Positions 54,650 through 64,000 of a stretch of 64,000 nucleotides of DNA are shown here, one piece after another (the stretch's first letter is position 1; every line of letters begins with the position of its first letter). Below the pieces are notes generated by a model that saw only the letters and a list, made by a program, of their open reading frames with translations, was not told the origin of the DNA and did no database searches. The position numbers and the translations under genes are program-made. Source of the DNA: Amoeboaphelidium protococcarum X5 (Eukaryota; Fungi; Aphelidiomycota). Location of the stretch: the NCBI GenBank assembly GCA_023515725.1, contig JALDTO010000235.1:650778-714777 (forward strand). The letters are read 5' to 3'.

Positions 54650-55324
54650 ATGACCAAGTACAGTGCTCAGCTATAAGATATTGAGAATGTGAAGCTGCGT
54701 TTTGTTGATCCTGCTACAAATTAGGCTGCCGAGCAAGAAGTCTCAGCAGCATCCCTCTATAATGATCAGCCTATATTCTTCGTTGTTGTCAGGCGCACTG
54801 GCTGCGTTGCGTGTCGCGAATTGGTTAACGAAATCATGGTAAATTCTGCCGAGATTAGCAAATTGTATAATGTAAAGTTTGTTGCCGTCATTAAGGAGAT
54901 CATCCAGGATGACTTGGCTGGTTACAGAGATTATTTTAATGGAGACGTCTATCTTGATACTGAGCTGGGCATGTTCAAGGCACTGACTGGCGGCAAATTG
55001 GTCAAACACAGCCTGTTCAGCTAGATGTTGCGCGGTCAAATGTGGAAGGGAGTGAAACGCGCTTTGGATAACGGCATTAAGAATGGCTCTCTCTCCGGCG
55101 ATTCCACTGTCTTTGGTGGCTTCATACTAGCTGCTAAGGAAGGCGTCTTTTATCAACATTATCAAGAGCTTGGCGTACTTCCGTCAATGAAAGAGGTGTT
55201 TGAAGCTCTTTCAAACCTCCCTTAGTAATATAAGAGAAGTGAAGCATCTCCTGACCATAGCGGAGTGGTGCTCAATGACACCAAGCGCATGGTGTGCACA
55301 GATGAAGTATGTGTCCGTACCTGA
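54650..55324 (+). CDS. Peroxiredoxin-like 2 (AhpC/TSA-2, FAM213-like) redox protein, 224 aa
   Basis: VVRRTGCVACRE (CxxC), YFNGDVYLD, GDSTVFGGFI, C-terminal CTDEVC. Confidence 0.85.
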
Positions 55325-55521
55325 GCTTGCTAATTTTTGTTATCGGAGCTGCGTGTTGAATGACATTGAATAATCAAATTGTTTCATCATAGTATTTTCT
55401 TTCCAGTTGTGATCTTCTAAGACGCGACTTTTAATTGGTCAGTCTTTCACCTTTCTCTTCTTGTTCTCAAGGTTTTACCTAAAACTCAATTGCTTTCGGT
55501 ACTTAAACAGTCCAGTCAATT

Positions 55522-55771
55522 ATGGATGAAGAAGACCTGGAATTTTTTAAGCAAAGGGAGAAATAAATTCACTTGCAAAACAACGCATTGCCCTGGTGTC
55601 TTTAACCGTTTGGGTGTGCCTTTATGAAGGTTAGTGTTTTAGATCGTTGATTATAGTGTATATGCATAGATAAAAAAAAATAAAAGTTATAATGTGTAGG
55701 TGATTCTTTTTGCCGTGATATTTGTGTGGATTATCTATGTCATAAGATTGAGCTACACTTTGTCTCAATGA
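55522..55771 (+). CDS. 59-aa single-pass membrane microprotein; intron 55630-55699
   Basis: MDEEDLEFFKQREKQIHLQNNALPWCLQPFGCAFMK|VILFAVIFVWIIYVIRLSYTLSQ*; AAG|GTTAGT...GTGTAG| splice sites. Confidence 0.6.
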
Positions 55772-55929
55772 AGATTGTAAAGTTCATTGTACACATAGAG
55801 TCCCGGAAATAATTTTAATAAAATAACAATAGATGTGCACTAATCGTAATTTTATTCTCATAAAAATATTATTCCAACTGCTCACCGATTCACCACGTCG
55901 CATTATATTCCACCAAACAGTCGTCATAT

Positions 55930-56839
55930 TCAAGCTTCAAAAGTCAGAGCTAGACCAAACTTGTGAGCATTCTCACCCAGACGAGCAGAGTCAAACTGAC
56001 CACCCAGGGACACCTTCAAACCAGGTCTGACGCTCTGAGTCAAGCCAAGTGACACAATACCATAATTGTTCACCTTGCCCTTGACAAAGGTATCTCTATC
56101 CATGGCGTACTTACCACCAAGCTCAAGATTAACATTGGAAGTGGCAGACTTCTTGTCCCATGCAGCCTTGGCACCAATCTCCAGATCAGCGGCAACACGG
56201 TGGTAGTAAGAAGCCTAGAAGGTGCTGAAATTGTTCACACCATGCAGAGCGACAGAGTAATCAAAAGTAGAATAGCCCAGTGCAGCACCAAACTTGTTCA
56301 CCTTACCGTCAGCGACATTGTAAGCAACTTCACCACCGGCAACGAAGCCTTCAACACCGAAAGCAGCATCAGCAGACAGAGTTGGACCCTTGAAAGCGTC
56401 CAAGTTGACATTGGTGAACACATGGTCCTGCTTGTACTCAGCACCAACCTTCACAGCCTTCTGGTTCACGTTTGGTAGCACTTGGCCGTTCAGAGACAAC
56501 TTCAAGCCTTTCACCAGCGAGTCTGCCAACTCAACTTCACCGCCAAAGACATTGCTGGTGAACCAAGTTCCAGTCACAGTCAATCCTACAAAAGATTTTC
56601 TCATTCATCATTAAAACTTGGGACACATATCAATATTTACCTCTCTACTTCTAAACCATCTTCTGCTTCAATTCTGCAGTAATAGCACCGCTCTTGGCAT
56701 CTTGATTACCATTGACGGAGAACTGCATACCGCCAGATGCGGTGGTCTTCACCTCCAACTTGGTCACACCAACAGGGATATCCTTGGACAGCAAGTCACT
56801 TGCAGACTTTCCAATTTCAGAAAATTTAGGTGGAATCAT
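55930..56839 (-). CDS. POR1: Mitochondrial porin/VDAC; intron 56586-56640
   Basis: MIPPKFSEIGKSASDLLSKD, KLEVKTTA, ASYYHRV, ELGGKYAMD..FVKGKVNN, RPGLKVSLG, HKFGLALTFEA. Confidence 0.97.
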
Positions 56840-56958
56840 TTCAAAAGCAGTTATTTAATTATTAAAGATTTCTATCTATCAAGTTGTCGCTGTATAAAAC
56901 GTAAGACTAGACTCTGTTGAAGAAGAAAGAAGAAGTGAATTAAGGAAAAGCGCACCTC

Positions 56959-56999
56959 TACGGAATCCGAGAGCCGCAAAAGCGCGTCGCTATTTAAAA
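56959..56999 (+). repeat. Left TIR
   Basis: TACGGAATCCGAGAGCCGCAAAAGCGCGTCGCTATTTAAAA preceded by CACCTC. Confidence 0.93.
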
Positions 57000-57748
57000 A
57001 GCAGAAACGAATATTTGTTTCTTACAACTGTTTTTGTTTTTAATGTTCGAGAGCCGCAATCAGTGCCTCACATTAATACATAACGTTTTTGCACTTGTAA
57101 TACGCGAATGCGACTTAACAAATTGATTAATTTTTGTGATTACTTTCTTATTTATATCATGCTGCAAAATCAAATGTATTAGTCATGCACCGTGTGTGTG
57201 TTGCTTTACTTTAATGTGCAACTTGCGCAACTGCAGCAGTATTGGTGTAAATATCTCAAGATTTTTAATATAGCAGTATTTGCTCCGCTTCTCTAGTAAA
57301 GAAATATATGCACCAAACCTCAAGCAAAAATTTGCAAACTGTTTGTGAGTAGTGGTTGCTCGATCTTTGTCACAACTGATTGCTTGATGCGTTAATCTCG
57401 AAACTGGCGCTTGCAATTTAACAGTAAGTAAGCGATTATTTGTGATAAATTGTTTTGATACTGAATGATACTTTATTATCTCTTACACACTATTCACTAA
57501 ACTACTTTTTAACAACGTACAATCTTATTTGCGAGATAAGCATACAGGTATAAGCAATGCAGCATTGGGACGCCGTAGTGTTGTCATTACTTGCTGCGCC
57601 ACCCCCCTTACGCCACTCTAAGATCTTACGCAATCATATTATTAATAACAGCTCTCATAGTTCAGATAACTAAAACGCGACAAATATACGCAATCTCTTT
57701 AGTTGATATCTATATCCTAGTGTCTTTTGAATAGAATCAGTATCAAGC

Positions 57749-59764
57749 ATGTTTAATCCGTTGTAAGATGTGTTATGTCCCAATTCGTCCGGACTCAAAA
57801 GGGAGGACTGTCATTGTGCTGGATGTAAATCTTGGCAATAGGCGCAAGCCTAGTTGATGCATTCACAAATGCAATTTGAGTAAAAGAAAAAGCTTGCGGT
57901 GCAGACAAGAACCGAGTCAATGGTAAATAGATTGCACAGTGGATACCAGACTAAGCCGCCGCCCCCTGTTCATAGAAACGGTCCTGGTAGTGGAAATAGA
58001 GGTTTGACGCGTAAAAACGCGCTGGTGCAAATTAGCATTGTCCCTTGTATTTCAGGATCAAAGGTTGGATAATTTAAGCGTCTGGAAAATGTTGGCCCAT
58101 AGATGATTTAGATTGACAAGTATAATGACAATTATCAATCTGTCTTAGCATAAGCTTGTGCATTGTTTCACTATCAAGTTGAGCAATCGTCAATTGGACA
58201 AAGTCAAATCCACCAAATCCCCTAATTTGGAGTTGATTTTGACGTAATATAATGGACCCAGAATATTCAATTGGCAGGATGTAAGTATACCTCTAATAAG
58301 GATAAGGTGCTATATTTGATTCCGTTGGTTGAAAGCAATCGCGTGTAATTGCATCCTAGTTTAAAGAGAAACTATGAGTCTCTACAGTAGCTGAATTTTT
58401 TGAATGTCGAGGACTTTGATTACTAGTATGGTTTGCCAGATGAGAAGATGCAGGATAAGGATGATTTTGAAATTGTTGAACCGACGCGTACTTTAGATGA
58501 GCCTATTATTCAACCTGTCAAGCCTGTCAAAAAGATCAAATCTGCGCAGGAGTCTACGATCATACCTGTCAGTTCAAATGTTGCGAGAAATAGTTAGATT
58601 GAACATAAGAATAAGTTTTGCTAGTTTGAAAACATTTCCAAGGTGTCCCCTCAGCGTGTAATAAAAAATACGCGCTCCTTGTAAGGCAGTGTGGTTGTGC
58701 ATGTCTACGACTATGAAACAGGCTCCTGGTTCACTGAGGATCCAGGAGTAGTTGGAATGCCAGATCTGGCAGGAAAGACTAACAAAGGGAATATAAAAAG
58801 ATGCTACTATAATGGATCTCTGGTCAAGTTTTTTCCAGATCTGCCAGTAGTCTTTAAGTGCGCAATTGATAAGGATGACGATGATTATGGATTACATGCT
58901 AGGGAAATATTAAACTCTGTTTGCGCTCAAAGGTGCTTCCTAGATTTTGACGCGGAATTGATTAAGACGCTGCTGGGTTAAGAATATCTATAGGTTGCTG
59001 GTGAGTAGCGTGGAGTTTGTGCTGGCGTGATGCTGGAGATTAGAGACAAATAAAATGAGGAATTTGGTGATATGGTGGATCTAGCAAAGATATGGACAGT
59101 TGAACCCTTCGTAGATGGCCAATTTGTGAAGTATATCGACAACGAGCATTTTATGCAAATTTGTGATGATGATCAGACTTATGAGGAGAACTTTCGTGAA
59201 GAAGTGGCCTGGGCTTTTGCCCATTACTCCTATTATTGGTTTGAGAAGGAGAACTACGAGTAAATGATAGTTGATATTCAAGGCTCTAAGTGTCACTTTA
59301 CAGATCTTTAGGTGTGCACTGTCAATGGCACCGATTGCAGTATTGGCAATATGGGTTTACCAGCAATTGTGAAGTTCTTCGTTATGCACTAGTGCAATTA
59401 GATTTGCAAGGCTTTGCATTTAGATGTCGCGACCATTCCGTCTTTAGTAATGGAGAAGATTATGGAAGATTCTCTCTTAATGGATAAATTCGAGTCCACT
59501 GTGTTTGGATCTCCAGCATAGGCCGCTCCTAATCCTCTTGGATAGTAGAAGACATCATTGAAGTCGGATGTCTCCATAACTTCTGTGTCTAAACAGGTAG
59601 AAGTTAATAATCAAGCCACTCAGGATTTGCAGATAGTAAAGGAGAAATCTAAGATTAAGTTGGTGGATCCTATTGTTAAAAACATACGTCCGTCTAGCAG
59701 AAGACCTAATACGCGTGCTAAAAATGCTGCGTAGAAGAAATTGCCAACTTTGACTGAGGATTGA
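57749..59764 (+). CDS. Alpha-type (eEF2K/MHCK-like) protein kinase, transposon cargo, 671 aa
   Basis: GNIKRCY, VVFK, WTVEPFVDGQFVKYIDN, AFAHYSY, IVDIQG, FTDLQV, GNMG, HQCNQIC..LHL; N-terminal C-x10-C-x-C-x2-C. Confidence 0.9.
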
Positions 59765-59849
59765 GTATTTAGTAGCTCTGGTGGAGTTAACAATGAGTAC
59801 GTAAAGATAGTAATAGCAATAAGAAATTTTTAATTATTCAGACCATTCT

Positions 59850-61229
59850 TCACTAAGCAATTTCCTACCCTCTCACTTACTATTCTGCTATCAACAATTA
59901 ATCTCTAAATGCATCCAGCGCGCTTACGAGATCGCCATCGGACACTAAAGCCTTGAACACATCTTGACAATTGTCAAAGGTAAGTTGATCAAAACCTTTC
60001 TCTATAACAACTTCATCAATAAGATGCCTAGCGTAATTAATTCTAAACCTATCATTCATATCTATAGTACTTGGTCCAAACAATTGAATAGCCATATCAC
60101 GCATGTCTTGAGGAGGCTCCAAACCACATTCTACTCCATCAAACATCTCGGGAACTTGATAACGCATGATGGGCTGTCCTTGATTTCGAATCTTATGGTA
60201 ATTCCACAAGGTGGTAATTTTATCTAAACACTCAGCGATATAATGTCCAAAACAATACTGAGAAATTGTCTTATGAGAATAAAGCGTGGTATTAAAATAA
60301 CCTGCAAAGTGAAGATTGTTCAGCGTTCCTATCCAATATTCAAGCCCATAATGATTCTATCTGCCCCAGTAACTTTCTATACGCGTATTGAAATTGGATG
60401 AACCCACAATATAAGAGTTCTCACCTACCAATATTTCTTGCAATTACTTGATGTAATTGTTCTCAGTTCCGCCATCAACACGAACTTTTCCAGGCATAAC
60501 ATTGCATTTGTCAGCCGCATCCAGAAAATATTCCAGTATGTAACGCGCGGGCCTATTCGTATCTGCGACCATACTAAACACAACATACCTACTAAAACCA
60601 TCTACACACGCACTTATTCCAAAGCCAAACTACGACAGCTTATCGAAGCCATCTATATGCCACACTTAATTAGGACCATCATTTTAATATTCACGGCGTT
60701 TCAACTTGCGCCTTTTACGCATTTACACAGCCTCTGGATTGTCGAATCTTTAGCAAACCATAACCATGTCTCGAGATACTTATTGGCCTGATAGTTCACG
60801 AAGGACTTATGTAGTTGATCTAATTCCCAATCTTTCACCTTCATCCTGATTTACAACATGCACTAAATCCAAAACTTCGACAGGAGATAGCGCACAATGT
60901 CTCGTTCCAATTTAATGCTGCGACAAAATCGATTGCAAAGTCCTTAAGGACATTTAAATATTATGCTTCTATTTCAGCCAATCCAATAATTATTGTTAAG
61001 TGGACCCGCCATTAATTAGATGGCGAGCTTCTTCAATCCAATGTTCACTTTAATCCGCAAATGTGGCTCTATTTAAAGCAGTACTCAATCCATGTTCAGT
61101 CATAAACCGGTCCAATTTGGACTTGGAGCAGATTGTTCCACTAGAATTTAGAGTATCTAAAATTTCCTTGCGCTTCAAACCTTAATTTACTAACTGCCGT
61201 ACCTGTTCCAAGTCGATTTCTTAAGACAT
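59850..61229 (-). CDS. Transposase: tandem HTH-like repeats plus DDE integrase core, 459 aa
   Basis: RREYQNDGPNQVWHIDGFDKL..FGISACVDGFSR; PGKVRVDGGTEN; GSSNFNTRIESYW; LWNYHKIR; continuous only if TAR=Gln. Confidence 0.92.
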
Positions 61230-61403
61230 TTTGCTGCAAAAAATGAATTCGAGTTAAGATGTCCCCTATTATAAGGCGGATATAGTGCATGATAAGAAAC
61301 AAAATAGCAATGAATTTATTTTTAAAATTACAAAACAAAATAAAAATTAAAAATCATTTAAAATATTAATGGGAACTTTCATTTTACTTTCTATGTTTAG
61401 TAA

Positions 61404-61444
61404 TTTTAAACTGCGAGGCGGTTTTGCGTTTCTCGAACTCCGTA
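61404..61444 (-). repeat. Right TIR
   Basis: Reverse complement TACGGAGTTCGAGAAACGCAAAACCGCCTCGCAGTTTAAAA; followed by CACCTC. Confidence 0.93.
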
Positions 61445-61742
61445 CACCTCTGAAGGAAGAAATGAACGCGACACGCATCGACCGCGCGATCATAACGAAT
61501 TAACAACGCGATCATGTAAAGACGACTGGCGGTACTCCTTACTCTGACGCGAATGAAACTTCTTCGCCTCAGGCAGACTGAATCGGTCGCGAGTGACTCA
61601 CATCACATTACGAGTGATCTTTCCGTTCAATCTTTCCCGTTACAGTTCCCAGTCATCTCATTGTGTTCTATTCTCAGCTACAACAGTTTCATTTCATCTT
61701 TCTGTAGTTCTTCACTGTGAAACTTTACTCAAGTAGTTCAAG

Positions 61743-62471
61743 ATGGAACAAATCAGCAAACTGTTGGATGAGTACGTGTATAATCCACCTAATATGCCGG
61801 AGAATTCTAGCTATTTGAGGCTATCTGATGTTATAAACTTTATGAAAGGAATTACACCTGTGGTCATTATAGTATTCATCGCGCTCTACAACTAATGGAG
61901 CAATTACACGGTGTGGATTTACCTGGCAACACACGGAACATACGGTCTTCTGTGGGTTGGTAAAGATTATTTTGGCTTTGGAGATGCTAGATGGCAAGGT
62001 AGGAAGGGGTGGTTTACAGTGTCGTCCACCTTTCTGGCACTACTTCTTTACTGGATGCCCATTAAACTCATCTGCCAAAATAGTACCAGAGTCCCACCTT
62101 TTGTCGCTTTTTTATCCGTGTTCATGTTCAGTGTTGGAGTATTCTTCCACTATGGCTCAGACTTGCACAAGTGCGCATTTATTGAATATCGCACCAAGAT
62201 TAAGAAGTTGGATGATAAAGCAACTCCCAATGTTCTCACTACAAAGTTTTGGGCTCTATCGCGTAATATTAATTATTTCGGTGAATTGCTAATCTACTGC
62301 TCATTCTGTATCTTGAGTCTTGATTTGCTACCATTCCTCTGGCTGTTTGGGATGATCACCATGTACTGGCTCCCAAGTATGTACAAGAAGGAGAATTCAT
62401 TGAGCAGATTTGGCAAAGAGTGGGAAGATTACAAGAAAAAGTCTTATTTCTTCATTCCATACATTTGGTGA
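61743..62471 (+). CDS. DUF1295/steroid-5-alpha-reductase-like membrane protein, 242 aa
   Basis: YLATHGTYGLLWVGKD, SDLHK, WALSRNINYFGELLIY, KKENSLSRF..WEDYKKKSYFFIPYIW. Confidence 0.85.
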
Positions 62472-62511
62472 ATTGGCATCCAGGCCCCGAATGGGTGACA
62501 CTGGCATGCTC

Positions 62512-62555
62512 AAGGTAATCATAAGGTAATCATAAGGTAATCATAAGGTAATCAT
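62512..62555. repeat. Perfect tandem repeat (AAGGTAATCAT)x4
   Basis: Four exact 11-bp units. Confidence 0.95.
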
Positions 62556-62613
62556 ACAATGTTTTAGAGTCGTGAAGATCAAGATTAAAGAAAACGAAGC
62601 GAAAACGAAGCAC

Positions 62614-62732
62614 ACTTTATTATTCAAGTCTCCCCTCCGACTTGGGAGATAGAGAGACTACGAAAACCAAGACGAAAATAGTATTACTTTATTATTCAAT
62701 TCTCCCCACCCACCTGGGAGAAAGAGAGATTA
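62614..62732. repeat. Two 47-bp direct repeats, each containing a TCTCCC-N9-GGGAGA hairpin
   Basis: 62614-62660 and 62686-62732; 6 mismatches, none in the stem. Confidence 0.88.
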
Positions 62733-62749
62733 AGGAGCCAACGCTAGGA

Positions 62750-62975
62750 ACCAGTACCAGTACCAGTACCAACACCAACAGCAGCAGGACCAACAAAATC
62801 AGCAGCACCAACAGCAGCAGCAGCAGGACTAGTACCAGTACCAGTACCAACAGCAGCAGCAGCAGAAGTAGCACCAACAGCACCAACAACATCAGCAGAA
62901 GCAGAAGTAGCACCAACAGCACCAACAGCAGCAGCAGCAGGACTAGTACCAGTACCAGTACAAACAGCAGCAGCA
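62750..62975. repeat. Low-complexity CAG/CCAGTA/CACCAA repeat tract
   Basis: Trinucleotide and hexanucleotide units; reads poly-Gln in one + frame and Ala/Gly/Val/Thr-rich on the - strand. Confidence 0.9.
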
Positions 62976-63097
62976 ATGCCAATGTAAAACGTGTAAGATT
63001 TTATGGGGAAAAGAAGAGCTTGAAGTAGAGTATGCCTTTTATACTGTGCGGGTGAATCATTTAAAACTGAACCATGAACACGTCGTCGTCGCAGCAC

Positions 63098-63202
63098 ATA
63101 CCAATTGTATCACTGGCATTCCACAACACATAGCATTTGATTCAATCGATATACCAATTGTATCACTGGCATTCCACCACACATAGCATTTGATTCAATC
63201 GA
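63098..63202. repeat. Tandem 52-bp duplication (period 53)
   Basis: ATACCAATTGTATCACTGGCATTCCAC(A/C)ACACATAGCATTTGATTCAATCGA twice, one mismatch. Confidence 0.93.
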
Positions 63203-63431
63203 AATCACATCACATCACAAACACGTAGTCGCATAATTGCATTCGTTTGCGGCGTTCGTCGCACAGCCGCAACATTCCAGTACATAATATGCATAGCTAG
63301 TAGCATTTCAATCAAAGGCCAAAAAACTAAATATAGATATATCTCAATGGCGCATTTATATCATTGATCGCATCGCCTTTCGATCAGCCAATAGAAAGCA
63401 GTGATCTCTAATTCAATTTCCATCATTCCAA

Positions 63432-64000
63432 ATGACCCGCAAGCAATCAACCTTTTATCTTCTTATTCTTAAACTGCTCATCATGTCTGCTCTTCTAATC
63501 GATATCATTAGTCCACGCCCAGCTAACGCTAGACGCGTCGTGCATCACAAGCGCGATTTGAACACGGTAACTATTAAGTCCAGGACACTGGTATTTAGGG
63601 GCTGGGATCTACTGCTTATGTCAGCGCTTTACGTGTATGAGTAATTATAGGCATACCACCCAGAGTTTATCAGTGTGGATAGGGTCGGAAAGCAGACGTT
63701 CGTAACGTTTGCAACTCGCGAAGACGCCGAACATGTAATGTGGTAACATCATCAACATCACAGGCTGTTCCACGAGCCAGTCACAGTGCACTATGCATTT
63801 AATGTAGTGCATATTGGCAATCATCAGCGAGGGAGATTCACTGGGATTATTGAAGTTGACGTAATGACCCTGAACTATTCTACGATGAAAAGAATCTGCG
63901 TGGAGGTTGGAAGTGACCACCTACGCCGGCATTGGAGAGAGATTCACCGCCGCTTAAGCCGTAGGCAAGCGCTACTTGGCCAATAGTATGGCGGTGTCTG
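63432..64000 (+). CDS. RRM-like domain protein, 3'-partial (start may be 63483)
   Basis: Track ORFs 63432 and 63786 join under code 6; RTLVFRGW..GKQTFVTFATREDAE..EPVTVHYA fits RNP2/RNP1 spacing. Confidence 0.6.

Larger units (their letters stand above)
56959..61444. mobile_element. IS3EU-like DDE DNA transposon (4,486 bp) carrying an alpha-kinase gene
   Basis: 41-bp TIRs (33/41 identical) with TACGG...CCGTA ends; 6-bp TSD CACCTC at 56953-56958 and 61445-61450; encloses two convergent intronless ORFs. Confidence 0.92.

Noticed and set aside
54650-55324. Selenoprotein (SelU-like) with TGA recoding
   Set aside because: The redox motif is CxxC with Cys codons and there is no internal TGA.
62512-62555. 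Telomeric repeat
   Set aside because: Internal, only four copies, and no G-rich telomere-like unit.
62692-62982. Leu/Val-rich 'membrane protein' ORF and the Ser/Thr-rich ORF opposite it
   Set aside because: Alternative-frame readings of the CAG-type repeat tract; no frame can be chosen from sequence alone.
63987-63994. TATGGCGG as another IS3EU-type terminus
   Set aside because: Lies inside the RRM ORF, has no further similarity to the TIRs and no partner in the window.

Overview
This is gene-dense eukaryotic DNA that does not use the standard genetic code. TAA and TAG occur in-frame at conserved Gln positions and every complete gene ends in TGA (translation table 6). The supplied ORF track is therefore fragmented and misses whole genes (HPt/YPD1, DnaJ, AGTRAP-like, Sec2-like). 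The mix of fungus-type genes (POB3 without HMG box, NMA111, YPD1) with Ena/VASP and an ear-bearing beta-adaptin suggests an early-diverging holomycotan. The aphelid Amoeboaphelidium protococcarum, known to read UAR as Gln, is the best guess (inference). Re-translation by hand gives 38 CDSs (36 complete) and 22 short introns, all ending in TGTAG. The standout feature is an apparently intact 4,486-bp DNA transposon at 56959-61444. It has 41-bp imperfect TIRs (TACGG...CCGTA), a perfect 6-bp target duplication (CACCTC), an HTH + DDE integrase-type (IS3EU-like) transposase, and a convergent alpha-type protein kinase gene as cargo. Other items of note are two tandem beta-propeller/mucin-stalk surface proteins, a full Ena/VASP with an acidic-Trp motif, a 179-bp-period repeat array, and a repeat mosaic ahead of an RRM ORF at the right edge. 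No rRNA, tRNA or CRISPR array was recognised. All family assignments are from recalled motifs, not database searches.
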